Source: the human T2T-CHM13v2.0 reference genome, Homo sapiens
Assembly (NCBI RefSeq): GCF_009914755.1
Contig: NC_060947.1
Strand: one strand, 5' to 3'
Length of the DNA stretch: 64,000 nucleotides
This document shows, piece after piece, positions 24,602-39,550 of the stretch. The notes below the pieces were generated by a model. That model saw nothing but the letters and a program-made list of their open reading frames with translations, did no database searches and was not told the DNA's origin. The position numbers and the translations under genes were made by a program. The first letter of the stretch is position 1. The number at the start of each line of letters is the position of its first letter.

Positions 24602-27600
24602 TTATGTTTGTACGCTTTAACCCACTTATCTTTATCCACCCACATCCCCCACACTCACCCTTCCCAGTATCTGTTATCTATCTTTCCATGCTCTACTTTG
24701 ATAACTTGATGCTATGAAACTTTTTTAGCTCCCATGTATAGCAAGAATATGTGATATTTGTCTTTTTATGCCTGGCTTATTTAATTTAACATAATAACCT
24801 CCAGTTCCATCTATTTTGCTGCAAATGATATGATTTCATTTTTTTAGCCAAATAGTATTCCATTGTGTATATATACACCACATTTTCTTTATCTGTTTAT
24901 TTGTAGATGGACACTTAGTTTGATTTTATATATTTACTATTGTGAATAGTGCTGCAATAAACATGAGGGTTGAGATATCTTTTTGATATACTGGTTTTTC
25001 TTTCTCTGGGTAGATACCTAGTAGCGAGATTGCTAGATAGAATAGTAGTTTTATTTTTAGGTTTTGGATGAGCCACGGTAGTATTTTTCATAGGGCTTTA
25101 CTAGTTTGCATTCCACCAATCAGTGTATGAGAGTTTATCTGCATACTCATCAAGATTTTTTTTTGTTGTCTTTTTTAACAATAGCTATACTGGCTTAGGT
25201 AAGGTAGTATCTCATTGTGGTTTGGTTATGCATTTCTCTGATGATTCGTGATGTTGAGCATTTTTATACACATATTGGCCATTTGTGTATCTTCTTTGGA
25301 GACATGTCCATTCATATTATTTGCCCACTTTTTAATGGGATTTTTTTTTCCCGTTGAGTTCAGTTGCTTGTATATTTTGGATATTAGTACCTTGTTACAT
25401 GAATAGCTTGCAAATATTTTCTGCAACTCAATAAAATCTCGTCAATCTATTATTTTGCTGTATAGAAGCTTTTTTTGTTTAAGTCCCATTTGTCTATGTC
25501 TGTTTTTGTTGTCTGTGCTTTTGAGGTCTTAGTCATAAATCATTTGCCTAGACCAATGTCCAGGAGAGATTTTCCTATATTTTCTTCTAGTAGCTACATA
25601 ATCTTGGGGCTCATGTTTAAGTCTCTAATTCATCTTGTGTTGATTCTTGTCTATGGTGAGAGATAAGGATCCACTTTCATTCCTCATCATGTGGCTATCC
25701 AATGTTCCAAGTACCATTTATTAGAAAGAGTGCCCTTTCCTCAAAATAACTTTGTTTGGCTGGACAAAGATTGGTTGATTATAAACATGTGGCTTTATTT
25801 CTGGGTCTTCTACTCTTTTTAATTGGTCTATGTGTCACTTTTATCTGACATCATGCTGTTTTGGTTACTATAGCCTTGAAATATATATTGAAGTCAGTTA
25901 ATATGATGCCTTTAGTTTTGCTCTTTTACTCAGGATTGCTTTGGCTATCTGAGCTTTTTTTTGGTATCATATGAGTTTTATAATTGTTTTTTCTAATTCT
26001 GTAAAGTAAAATGTTGTATTATCATAGGAATTGCACTGAATCTGTATATAGATTTGGGCAATATGGTCATTTTAATGATATTAATTCTTTTCATCAATGA
26101 GTATGGGATGTTTCTCCATTCACTCGTGTCATCTTATGTTTCTTTCATCAGTATTTTATAGTTTTCCTTGCAGAAATCTTTTGTTATATTTATTGCTAGA
26201 AATTTTATTTTTTCATCTATTGTAAATAAGACAGCTTTATTATTTATTTCTTAGCTGGATCATTATTGGTGTTTATAAATACTACTGATTCTTGTATGTC
26301 AATATTGTATCCTACAACTTTAGTGACTTCATTTATTAATATTAAGAGTTTTAGTAGAGTCTTTAGGCTTTTCTAGACATAAGATTATATCATCAGCAAA
26401 GAGGAACAATTTGACTTCTTTTTCAATTCAAATGCATTTTATTTTGTTCTCTTGCCTGAATTCTCTCTCTGGCTACAACTTCCAGTACTAAGTTGAATAA
26501 GAGTGGTGAAGTTACGAAACCTTATTTTGTTTAAATTCTTAAAGGAAAGGCTTTTCCCCATTCAGTATGATGTTAGCTGTCTGCCTGTCATAAATAACCT
26601 TTATCATGTTGAGGTATGTTTCTTCTATGCCTAGTTTGTTGAGAGTTTTGATAGTGAAGGGATGTTGGATTTTATCAAATGCTTTTTCCATGTCTATTGA
26701 GATAAATTTATGGTTTTTGTTCATTCTGTTGATACTACCTATCACTTTTATTGATTTGCATACGTGGAACCATCCTTGCATCTGATATAAATCCAATCTG
26801 ATTATGGTGTATTATCTTTTCCAAGTGTTGTTGGATTGGTTTACTCGTATTCAGTGGAGAATTTTTGTTATATGTTTATCATGGATACTGGCATGTAGTT
26901 TTCTTCTTTTGTTGTATTTTTGTTTTGGTAAAAGTGTTATGATGGTATTGTAGAATAAATTAGGGAGAACTTTCTCCTCTTCAATTTTTTTGGAAGAGTT
27001 TCAGGTAGTAGTTCTTCATTTTGTGTTTGCTACTCGGGTTTTCTTTTTTTTTTTTTTTTTCTGATTGAGTTTTCATAGCTTGCATGTTTCCAGGAATTTG
27101 TCCATTTCCTCTAGCTTTTCCAGGTTGCCAGCATATAATTCTTCATAATAGCCCCTGATGATCTTTTGTGTTTCTGTGGAATGAGTTTCAATGTCTCCTT
27201 TTTCATTTCTGATTTTGTTTGAGTCTTCTTTCTTTTTTTTTTTGTTAGTCTAGCTAGTATTTTGTTAGTATTGCTTATCTTTTTGAAGAACCAACTTTTA
27301 TTTCATTTATCATTTGTTTTTTTTTGGTCTCTATTTTATTTAGTTCTACTCTGATCTTTTCTTTAGTATGCTGATTTGGGGTTTGGTTTATTCTTGCTTG
27401 TCTAGTTCCTTGAGGAACATTGTTAGATTGTTAATTATAATCATTCTACTTTTCTGATGTAGGCATTTATTGCTATAAACCTCCTTGTTAGCACTGCTTC
27501 TGCTGTATCCCATAGGTTTTGGAATATTGTGTTTCTATTTCTTTTTTTGGAGCAATGTCTGATTTCCATCTTAATATCTACATTGACCCAGTAGTCATTC

Positions 27601-28504
27601 AGGAACATATTGTTTAATTTCCAATCACTGAAATTGTTTTCAAAGTTTCTCTTGATATTGATTTCAATGTGGCCTGATAAGATATTTGATATAATTTTGG
27701 TTTTTTAAACTTATTGAGACTTGTTTTGTTGCCTAAAATATGGCCTTTCCTAGAATTGAAAAGATATATATTCTGTATTTGTTGGATAAAATGTTCTGTA
27801 AATGTCTGTTAGGCCTGATTGACCTAAAGTCTAGTTTAAATTCAATGTTCCTGTGTTGGTTTTCTGTCTAGATGATCTTTCTAATGCTGAAAATATGATG
27901 TTGAGGTCACCCACTTATTGTATTGCCCTCTATCTCTCTATATAGATCTAGTAATATTTGCCTTATGAATATGGGTGCTCCAGTGTTGGGTGCATATAAA
28001 TTTAGAATTTTTATATCTTCTTTCCGGATTGGTCTCCTTATATTATGATTTTCTTTGTCTCTCTTTTTTTTAAACTGCTTCCTACTTTAAGCCTGTTTAA
28101 TCTGATACATATATAGCTAGTCCTGGTCACTTTTGGTTTCTGTTTGCATGAAATATCTTTTCCATCCCTCTACTCTCAGTTTATATCTGTCTTTACTAGT
28201 AAGGTGAGTTTCTGGAAAACAGCTTATAGTTGGATTTTTAACTTTATTTAACCATCTTATGTCTTTTAAGTGGATAGCTAAATCCATTTATGTTCAAGAT
28301 TATTAATATTTGAGGCTTTGTTCATGTCAGGCTGCTTATTATTTTCTAGTTGTTTTATATAATATTTGTTCTTCTTTTTTTTATTTTTCTTTGTCGTGGG
28401 TTTTTTTTTTTTCTGTAGTGGTATAATTTGAGTCCCTTTACTTCATCCTTTGAGTGATTGCCTTACCAGTAAGTTTTATAGTTTTGTGTATTTGCATTAT
28501 GGTA

Positions 28505-28965
28505 TGCCGCGTCCATCCTGCAGACCCTGGCTAAGTGATAGATGAAAGGAGTACTCAGACACAGGTATAAAGTGTAAGAGCCGCTAGTGGGCTGCTGGTA
28601 CTAGGGTCCAAAGAGAGAGAGCCGTCTTGATGAACTGGAGCTCTTTGCTCTTATTCAATACAGACATAATGCTGAAAACCTGAAGCCAACAATCTGTGTG
28701 TAATTAACATTATTTTTCCCCCTTGCAGGGAGCAGTCTCCTGCACAGATGATAAAAGGTCAGTTTCTGTACAACATAAGTAAACAAGCCTATTTAGATAA
28801 ACTTCCTTACATTTCCTTGTACCTACTCCTCACCCTCTGCCTCAGGGTAAGAGAACAGCTGCCTTCAGCTTATTCTCCCCCGAAGCTTTGCAGAGCCTTC
28901 AGACCTTTCAAAAGGCCTGATTCTCTCCCTATAGCTTCTTCCACCACTCTGACCGATCCCGCACA
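28505..28965 (-). mobile_element. 3' LTR (LTR22 family)
   Basis: tg..ca termini; direct repeat of 33666-34118; preceded on the minus strand by polypurine tract aaaaggggaagt (28966-28977). Confidence 0.9.
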
Positions 28966-28977
28966 ACTTCCCCTTTT

Positions 28978-29600
28978 CTGTTTTTTTGCATCTGGTCTTG
29001 TTGATTGAAGGGTACAGATGGGTGCAGCAACAGGTTTGTCAGGCATAGCAGTTATAGCTCGTTTTCCAGCTTTGCATCCTCAAATTAGTAAATAACATGA
29101 GATAAATGTGAGTATAATTAATTATATTCTTTTCCAATCAAGGAGTGACATGTAGTGTTACTTGGCACCTCAGTCCACCGTGTGTCATTATTAAGGAACC
29201 CCACTGGGGGTATGTCAAGTGCTCCCAGCCAATCTGTCGCATTGTTAGAGGATGGGGAGGGGGTGTCTGCCCAAGTAAGAGGGCGGAAGAAAGGTGGATC
29301 CAGAAGCTTGGCCCAATAGAGAGTAGCAAGTATGGATTGCAGGCAGATTGAGAAAATAAAAAAGGTTAATTAATCTACAAGAGTTGAAATGTACAACAGA
29401 AAGCATAGCAATGAACAAATTACCTGGAGTGAATGGTGTCTTTTTCTGGAGCAGGATTCACTCAGGCTCCTGAGTTGTCTTCTTCACCATCCCCCCAGGT
29501 AATGTCCAGAGTCTGTGTTGTCCGAGGAAGCTGCATTGTCTGGGGCTGCAGGTCCTGCAGTATCATTTCCTTCATTTCTGGTACCAGGTTGGGTCCTAGC
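28978..29600 (-). pseudogene. env: Largely deleted env region
   Basis: Only about 0.6 kb between the integrase C-terminus and the polypurine tract; call is positional. Confidence 0.55.
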
Positions 29601-32245
29601 CACACTGTGGTATGGTTTGATGCATCGTGCTGGAATCCGAAGAGGACCTGAGGGGATGTGAACACAAGCATATCCTCTTCCACATGTTAACAAATTATTT
29701 GGACCACACCATAGATTACTATTTACATCTTTCTGTAAAACTGAGGTTTTTATGTCTTGAGGGGCTTTTGGAAAATGCTTTTCCGTGGCTGATTAACACT
29801 TGTCATCTAAGTTTTAAAAATTAAGGATAAATAAGGCTTGTGCCAATTGTGTTGCAGGGTCCTTACTCATATTCCCCCTTTTTTTGTATTCTGAGCATAT
29901 TTTTAAAGGTGGAGTGGACACAGACACGTTCTACCATGGCCTGTCCTTGGGGGTTATATGGGATTCCTGTGGAATGTTGGATGTTCCACATGTGACAAAA
30001 TTGTTGAAATTGTGAGCTGATATAAGCTGGGCTATTATCAGTTTTAATTTGTGTGGGCCACCCTCGAAACAGAAAAGTTAAGAGAAGATGTTTAATGACA
30101 TATCGGGTGGAATCTCCAAGAACATTAGTGCTAATTAAGTGGGAATTGGTATCAATGGAAACATGTACATATCTTAGTTTTCCAACTGCAGGGATGTGTG
30201 TAACATCTGTTTGCCATAACTGATTAGGTTCTAGTCCTCTAGGGTTAATGCCTATTGAAAAAAGGGACGTGCCTGTGAGCTGGCAATCTGAGCATTGTAA
30301 AATAATTTGTTTAGCTAGTCTTTGGGTAAGTTGAAATTGTTCAGTTAAATTTCTCCAATTTTGGTGAAAAAATTGATGTGATTGGGTGGCTTGGTCAAGT
30401 GGTGACGTCATAACCTGCAGGTCTGCTTGATCATTGCCATAAGCCAGTGGGCCAGGCAGTGAGCTGTGGGCTCAAATGTGTGTAAAAAAAATAGGATGTG
30501 TTCGTTGACCTAGCGATTGCTGAAGTCGAACAAAAAGTGCACACAGGGTGGGCTCAAGAGTGGACATGATGAGGGCTGTCTCAAGGTTCTGCAATAAATA
30601 AATGGAGTAAGCAGAGTCACTGACAATATTGATAGGCTGAGCAGAAAATGTTTTTAGGGCCAATATTAGGGGTCCAACCTCAGCTCTCTGAGTGTTAGTA
30701 AATCCACATTGAGTGAGAGAGCTAGGCAGTTCCCACAAAAAAGCTGCTTTTCCATTTTTACCAGAGCCATCCGTGAAAAGCATTAAAGCATTAGGTATGA
30801 GGGAGTGAACTACCTTTGTAGGCATAACTACAGGAGTATGAGATAAGAACTGGAGTAGATTGTCAGCGGGAAGGGCATGTACTATATGGCCCACATAATC
30901 AACGAGTGCTATCTGAAGGTCTAGAGATATACTCCTGAGATAAGAACTGGAGTAGACTGTCAGCAGGAAGGGCATGTACTATATGGCCCACATAATCAGT
31001 GAGTGCTATCTGAAGGTCTAGAGATAGAGGCAGGACTGTGTTAAACTGTTTTTCACTTAAGGGTATTCTTATGACATTAGGGTCATAACCTAGCAATTGA
31101 TTGCATCATCTGTGGCCTCTATAGATGACTTTACTAACTAGCTGGACATAAGGAGATAATGTTTTAGTCCCAGTATGTGAGCAAAGCACCCATTCTAGGA
31201 AGAACAGCTCTGGGACCATCTGTCCTACTAGTCCTGTTGGGGAATGTTTAGTAGGGAAAACAAACAATTGGACTAAATATCATAGGTCTATGTGATCTAG
31301 TTGCCTCTGAAAAATGGCTTCCTCTATTTCCTCAATTTCCCTTTTTGCAGCAGGGTTTAAATACCTAGAGGAGTCTAGGGCTGCATTGCCCTTTAGGATA
31401 GAAAACAGGTTCTGTAATTTGACAGTAGTTGTGCCCAAGGTGGGGTGAAGCCAGTTAATATCATCCAGTAATTTTTGATAAACATTTAAGGTAAGTTGTC
31501 AGTGTTCAATTTAACCTTTTGAGGTCTCATTGACCGAGAAGTTTGTATGCATCCAAGATATTTCCAAAGAGAGGACATCTGTACTTTTTCAGGTGCTGTG
31601 ATTAAACCTCTTAACTGTGTATTCTTTTTGACAGAGGCATATAAATTTAAAAGTATCAGCTCTGTTGGGGCTGCCAGTAAGATATCATCCATAAAATGGA
31701 TGATCTTGCAATTAGGAAATGCTTTCCTACTGGGGAGCAAAGCTTGAGTTACATGATACTGACACATGGTAGGACTATTTAGCATTCCATGAGGAAGTAC
31801 TTTCCAATGAAATTGGTAAGCTGGCCTTTCATTATTGGTAGCTGGTATTGTAAATGTAAGTTTTTCTCTGTCCTGTTTTGCAAGAGGAATAGCATAAAAA
31901 CAAGTATTTTAAGTCAATAATGACTATAGGCCAATCTCAAGGAATCGCCACAGGGGAAGGGAGCCCCTGTTGAAGGGGCCCCATAGGTTGCAAATTAGCA
32001 TTGATAGCACATACGTCATGCAAAATTCTCCATTTACCAGACTTTTTGGGAATAACAAAAATGGGTGAATTCCAAGGGCTGGTTGATGGTTCTATATGGC
32101 CAGCTTTTAATTGTTCCTCAACTAATTCATGGGCTCTTTATAATTTCTCTTTCTTTAAAGGCTACTGTTTTACCCAAATAGGATTTCGAGAGAGCCATGT
32201 CAGGGGTAGGGGAGGAATTACAACAGTGGTCATAATTAGAAAGGG
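29600..32245 (-). pseudogene. pol: pol remnant (RT, RNase H, integrase) with frameshifts and stops
   Basis: MLNSPTMCQ and FMDD (RT); FTDGSGK (RNase H); HQFFH..CSDC, WQTDVTH, TDNSPAY, GRGYACV (IN). Confidence 0.92.
30839..31026. repeat. ~90 bp tandem duplication in pol (period 97)
   Basis: tgagataagaactggagtaga..ctgaaggtctagagata occurs twice, at 30839 and 30936. Confidence 0.95.
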
Positions 32246-32431
32246 GTCTGCAGAGTGACCCACCCAATGGGCTAATAAGTCCTGTCCCCAAAGATTACCA
32301 GAGATGGGCATGATTAGAGATTGTATCACTGCTCTCCTCCCTTCTGAATAGCTATATGTTAGGGGGCACATGCTCTGCTTAGCTGTGTGTGCTTCCCCAA
32401 TGCCAACAATGTTTTGTTTCTGTGTGACCCA

Positions 32432-32432
<1 letters not shown>
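32245..32432 (-). pseudogene. pro: C-terminal half of retroviral protease
   Basis: Flap IVGIG and NLWGQDLL (GRDLL motif); catalytic DTG half absent. Confidence 0.8.
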
Positions 32433-33523
<1,091 letters not shown>

Positions 33524-33645
33524 GATGAACCCTAGCTTGAAAATTCCCTCGGTCTTGCAAATCCCAGGTGGGCACCAATGACTTACTGACTGTGGAGTCT
33601 CTTCACCTTCATTTTTGAGGGTTCCATCACAATCCGTTGCAGCAT

Positions 33646-33663
33646 TCTTCACACGGGGCACCA
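33646..33663 (-). promoter_or_regulatory. Retroviral primer binding site, elongator tRNA-Met
   Basis: TGGTGCCCCGTGTGAAGA versus the tRNA-Met(CAT) 3' complement TGGTGCCCCGTGTGAGGA (17/18). Confidence 0.85.
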
Positions 33664-33665
33664 TG

Positions 33666-34118
33666 TGCCAGGTCTGTCCCACAGACCCTGGCTGAGTGAT
33701 GGATGAAAGGAGTACTCAGATACAGGTATACAGTGTAAGAGCTGCTAGGGGACTGCTGGCACTAGGGGCCAAAGAGAGAGAGAGCAGTCTCGATAAGCTG
33801 AAGCTCTTTGCTTTTATTCAGTACAGACATAATGCTGAAAGCCTGGAGATAACACAATCTGTGGGTAATTAACACTGTTTTTCCTCCTTGCAGGGAGCAG
33901 TCTTTTGCACGGTCGGTTTGTGGACAACATAAGTAAACAAGCCTATTTAGATAAACTTCTTTATGTTCCCTTGTACCTACTCCTTGCTCTCTGCCTCAGG
34001 GTAAGAGAACAGCTGCCTTCAGCTTATTCTCCCCCGAAACTTTGCAGAGCCCTCTGACCTTTCAAAAGACCTGCTTCTCTCCTTATAGCTTCTTCCACGA
34101 CTCTGACTGATCCCCGAA
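33666..34118 (-). mobile_element. 5' LTR (LTR22 family)
   Basis: Direct repeat of 28505-28965, roughly 10-15% diverged by eye; followed by the primer binding site. Confidence 0.9.
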
Positions 34119-35329
34119 ATGGTATATATTCTTTTTTTGCTTCCATGTGTAGGATTCGCCTAATCACTTCCTGTAGGACTGTTCTTGTGGGGAATCCATC
34201 GATTCCCTCAATTTTTGCTTGCCTGGGAAATACTTTATTTCTCTTTCATTTATGAAGTATAACCTTTCTGGGTATAGTATTCTTGGGAGACCTTTTTTCC
34301 TTTCCTCATCCCATTCGCCTCTGGCCTGTAAGGTTTCTGCTGAGAAATTTGCTGTTAGTCTGATGGGTTTTTTTCATAGGTGACTAGGCACTTTTGCTGT
34401 TTTTAGGATTTGGACTTTATTTTTGACTTTAGACAGTTTGCCCATAATGCATCATGGAGAAGAACTCCTCACATTTTATCCTCCTGGGGGGTCCTTGAAC
34501 CTCCTCTATCTAGTTGACTAAATCTCTTCCTAGATTTGGAAAGTTTTTGTCTATTACTTTATTAAATAGGTTTTGTAACGTTTTAGTACTGTCTTTGCCC
34601 TGAGGGATACTGATAATTCAAATATTCACTTGCTTTATGTTGTCCCAAATGTCACAAAAGTTTTGATCATCTTTTTATCCTTTTTTCTTTATTTTTTTCT
34701 GACTGAACTATTTCAAAATACCTGTGTTCATGTTTGGAGATTCTCTGCTTGATGTAGTCCATTGTTGAAGCTTTCAAATGTATTTTGTATTTCCTTCAAT
34801 GAAATCTTCAGTTCCAGAATTTCTATTTGGTTCATTTTTAAAATATATATCTCTTTGGTAAATTTCTCATTTATATCCTGAATTGCTTTTTTTTAAATTT
34901 CTTTGCATTATTTTTCAGAATTCTTTCATGTCTCACTGAGAATTTTTAAAATCAATATTCTTAAAGTTCTTGTAACATTTTAATGCAACATAAGTTTTGG
35001 AGAGTACATTATGTGTGTGATTTATGTAAGAAAGACAATATCAAACAGTGAGCTAATACCCCCCCAAAATTTTTTTAAATAATAAAGTTTATTTACCTGT
35101 AACCAATTAGAAATTTAGATATGTTTGCAATAAAATATTTTAAAAATAAGATAATAATAAGAAATGTATATTGATAGTTTTATTCAAATATTAAACCACA
35201 TTTAGCGTTTTGGAACATTTGTCTTCATTGTTATAAATATTTATACCATATATAAAATATTATATGGATTTTTACTTAACATTGGCTTACTAAAATCCGT
35301 TGATTTTACTGCTATGATTTGCACTACTA

Positions 35330-35470
35330 CCTTGTTAGAAAGGGCAGATTAGCAATTGGTATTGCCATTAGAGAGTTGATGAAACTGAGGCTCTGTGAGG
35401 TTAAGCTGAAGGTCACACAATTTGGAAGTGTCAGAGCTCTAATCCTAATAATATTTCCACTTTATCATTT
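35330..35470 (-). mobile_element. MIR fragment
   Basis: gatgaaactgaggctctgtgaggttaagctgaaggtcacaca. Confidence 0.6.
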
Positions 35471-35777
35471 GGCCTTGAATCCCCAGGAACTGGGACTTGT
35501 GTTTGTAACCCCAATCATTTAGCTGGATTCTCAGCTGGTCAAATTGCTCAGTGGGTATTCCCTGGCAGGAAAGCAAAAGCCTCTCTTTAGGCCTTCCTCT
35601 CATCAGAATATGGGTACCCCTTGAGACTCAATCTTTCAAAGAGATAGAGTCATGAGACCAGATAGAGGCTAGAAGAGAGACAGAGAATGGTCAGTGTGAG
35701 CAAGCCCTTTCCAAAGTATTCACTGGAGACCCTGGATTCCCCAAATCTAGCATGAGAACAGAAAAAAGGATAGGGAA

Positions 35778-35797
35778 ACACACACACACACACACAC
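35778..35797. repeat. (CA)n microsatellite
   Basis: About 9-10 CA units. Confidence 0.9.
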
Positions 35798-36509
35798 CAT
35801 CAGAAGCTGCTGAAGCTAAAGATAAGTACCCTGCATGCAGAGTTCACTCCCAACTTACTGCTACTAATTTATTTTCTCCCTTGGAAGTTTCCAGAAACAA
35901 AAGTAACAGTGGAGCTTTAGAGAGCCCTCATGCCTAATTTCTGTAGGCGTAGAAATACTATATTCTCTCGGCCCAAAGAAAATATGTACAAATTTAATGG
36001 TGCAGAGGTTTGTTAAGTCTTCTTGGAGCCATAGACCTAAGAGACAGCAAACTTTCCCTTGGAAGTGGGCGTTTGGGAATCCACGCAGTGACTATGCCTT
36101 TAACCTCCCTGGGCAGGAGTTTCTAGCATATAATCTATGTAGCTCTAGGACCTAACATATGATGGCCATATTGCAGGCACCCAAGGAATGAGGAACACAA
36201 AAGAAATCTTCATACCACCTATCTGATCCATTTCCTATATGTCTTCTACATGCATCTTCCCTAACTCTGCTTATATTATGGTTCTTCCCTATTCAAGCAT
36301 AGTTCATTGCAGCGGAGTGCAGTTATCAATATTTAGGAAACAACAGAATTCCCTGACAGCGTGCTTAGTAAAATTGTAGATTTTAACCCTTGACCTATAT
36401 GGTTTTCTTTTAATAGGTCTTGGTGGGGGGAGACTCATACATTTTTAGGTGGTTCTAATGCAGGTTCTAATTGCTATCCTTGAAAAAAAATAACAAAATT
36501 GGCTTACTA

Positions 36510-36880
36510 AATAAAATTTAGTCTTCTTAGTTTGGCATTCAAAGTCCTTCCTGACCTCTTTCCAACTACTTAGTATCTCCCAACAATTTTATCATACATT
36601 TGAGCTACTCAATTTTCTCCACTTCAGTCTCGACACTTTCTTGTCTCTATGCTATTACGTGTGCTATTGCCTCTAAGTGTAATGTCCTCCACATGTTACC
36701 CCTACTTAGCTGCTTACTCAAATCCTACTTATTTTTAAATCACCAGCTCAAATGCCATTTAAAACTTTCTAATGATCACTCCACCTGGAAGTGGATCTTT
36801 CCTACATCTGTGCCCCAATAGCACTTTATGCCTATCTGGGAACACAGTTCACTTTCTTCCTTCTATCATGACACATATCA
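36510..36880 (+). mobile_element. Degenerate L2 fragment
   Basis: tggcattcaaagtccttcctgacct..aaatcctacttatttttaaatcaccagctcaaatgcca. Confidence 0.55.
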
Positions 36881-37544
36881 TGTCATAGCTAGCTCACTTA
36901 CTAGTCTGTGGCCTAACCTGATGTTTTCCCTAATGTACCCTGATGCATCCCGAAGACAATAATGAATACTCCTAGGAATGTCATTAGGCCATACAGTACC
37001 TTTGGGCAAATTAAAAAATACTTTTTTCCTCTTGGGGGGGCACAGCCTAGTTGTAGGACACACAGTTTGGCTAGTGGAGTGCAGACTGGATTTCAGTCTT
37101 CATTTACTCCTTTAACCTGTACACAATGGTATGGAGCAGTCATGAATACCCTTGAAAGTCAGAGTAACTCTAAGTATCTAAGAAAATTGATTAAAAAGCT
37201 AAGAAAATGGCTCACAAAGAATGTAGCAGGATTATTAAAAAGTTCAGCAAAGATTTATTGAACTCCAGATCTGTGCCAGGATTCAGGGCTACAGCAGAAC
37301 ACGAGAGATATATAGCCACTACATTTAAGGTCCTCAGTCTCATGCCAGGCTCAGGAGTGCTGGCAATGGTGTTTCTGACAGTTTTACCTTCTGACATTTT
37401 AAGGGAAGCATCTTACCAAGCCTCTGGTTTCTATCCATTCTGATATGACTTCTTATGATACCCCAGACCCAGGACCCTTTCCTTCTCAAAGCAACAACAC
37501 TCATTTTTCTGTAATCCTGAACATGAGTCATTGGCAATTATCTA

Positions 37545-39550
37545 TAGGCATACTTCATTGTATTATGCTTTTCTTTATTGCACTTTGCAGACTTTGCATT
37601 TTTTACATATTGAAGATATGTGGCAACCCTGTGTTGAGTAAGTCTATTGCACCATTTTTTTAAACACCGTGCACTCACTTTGTGTCTCTGTGTCACAGTT
37701 TGGTCATGTTTGCAATATACCAAACTTTTCCATTCTTATTATATATGTTATGGTGATTTGTGATCAGTGATCTTTAATGTTGCTTTTGTAATTATTTTGA
37801 GGTGCCACAAACTGCATCCATATATAACAGCAAGCTTAATCAGTAAATGCGTATGTTCTGACTGCTGCACAAACTGGCCATTTCCTCAATCTTTCTTCCT
37901 CTTCTTGGGCCTTCCTATTGCCTGAAACACAACAATATTGAAATTAGGCCAATTAACAATCCTACAATGGCCTCTAAGTGTTCAAGTAAAAAGGAAAGTC
38001 ACACATTTCTCACTTTAAATCAAAGGCTATGAATGATTAAGCTTAGTGATTAATGCATGTTGAAAATTTAGGTAGGCTGAAAGCTAGGCCTCTTGCACTA
38101 AACAGTTAGCCAGGCTGTAAATGCAAAGGAAAAGTTCTTAAAGAAAATTAATTGTGCTACACCAATGAATATGCAAATTATAAAGAAATGTAAAACACCC
38201 TTATAGGGATAAAGCTTTAGGGGTCTGGGTAGATAATCAAACCAACCACAACATTCCCTTAAGCCAAAGCCTAGTCCAGAGCAAGGCCCTAACTCTCTTC
38301 AATTCTGTGAAAGGTGAGAGAGGTGAAGAAGCTTCAGAAAAACAAAATTGGAAGCTAGCAAACGTTGGTTCATAAAATTTAAGAAAAAAAAGCTATCTTT
38401 ATAACATAAAAATTACAAGGTGAGGCAGAAAGTGCTGTTGGAGAAGCTGCAGCAAGTTATCCAAAATATCTAGCTAAGATAATTGGTAAGGGTGGCTACA
38501 CTAAGCAACGAATTTCCAATGTAGACAAAACAGCCTTCTATTGGAAAAGGCTACCACCTATGACTTTTATAGCTAGAGAAGACAACTCAATGTCTGGTTT
38601 CAAAGCTTCAAAAGACATACTGATTCACTTATTAGGGGCTAACACAGCTGGTGACTAAGTTGAAGCCAATGTTTGTTTATCACTTCCAAAATCTTATGTA
38701 CTTTTAAAAATTTTGCTAATTCTACTCTACCTATGCTTTCTAAATGGAAAAACAAAGCCTAGATGATAGCACATTTGTTTACAGCAGGGCTTACTGAATA
38801 TTTTAAGCCCACTGTTGAGACCTACCACTCAGAAAAAAAAAAATTCTTTCAAAATCTCAATTATCATTGGCAATGCACGTAGTCACTCGAGAGCTCTGGT
38901 AGAGACGTACAAGGAGATTATTAGTGTTTCATGCCTGCTAACATAAATCCTTTCTGCAGCTCATGAATCAGACTAATTTCTACATTCAAGTCTTATTATT
39001 TAAGAAATACATTTCATAAGGCAATAACTGTCATAGTGATTCCTCTGAGGGATCTGGGAAAAGTACGTTGAAAACCTTCTGGAAAGGAATCACCATTCTA
39101 GATGCCATTAAGAACATTGATGCTTCAATGGAGGAGTTCAAAATATCAACATTAACAGAGATTTGGAAGAAGTTGATTCAAACTCTCATAGATAATTTTG
39201 AGGGGTTCACAACTTCAGTGAAGGAAGTCACTGCAGATGTGGAAGATGTGACTGAATTACTGCAATTTCATGATAAAATCTTAATAAATTAGTAGTTGCT
39301 TCTTCTGGATGAGCAAAGATAGTGGTTTCTTGAGATGAAATCTACTAGTGAAGATTATGTGAATATTATTGAAATGAAAACAAATATTTAGAATATTTAT
39401 AATATTACACAAACATACATAAATACTAATACATAAACATACATAAATATACATAAATACATAAATATATGTATTTAGAATATTACATAAACTTAGTTGA
39501 CAAAGCAGTGAAAAGGTATGGGAAAATTGATTCCTATTTTGAAAAAAGTT
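37545..39550 (+). mobile_element. Tigger1 DNA transposon, 5' part with decayed pogo transposase (ATG about 37967)
   Basis: ta|taggcatacttc 5' TIR; MASKCSS start; [28 protein letters not shown]. Confidence 0.93.
39385..39484. repeat. (TACATAAA)-like expansion between duplicated tatttagaatatt
   Basis: Direct repeats at 39385-39397 and 39472-39484. Confidence 0.8.

Noticed and set aside
33646-33663. tRNA gene
   Set aside because: Only the 18 nt complement (primer binding site); no cloverleaf.
36903-37177. Second minus-strand exon candidate (ttttcttag acceptor, CTA|GTAAGT donor)
   Set aside because: Weak donor context; such pairs arise often by chance in AT-rich DNA.
37967-39292. Domesticated TIGD-like transposase
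   Set aside because: Multiple stops and frameshifts; longest listed fragment is 74 aa.
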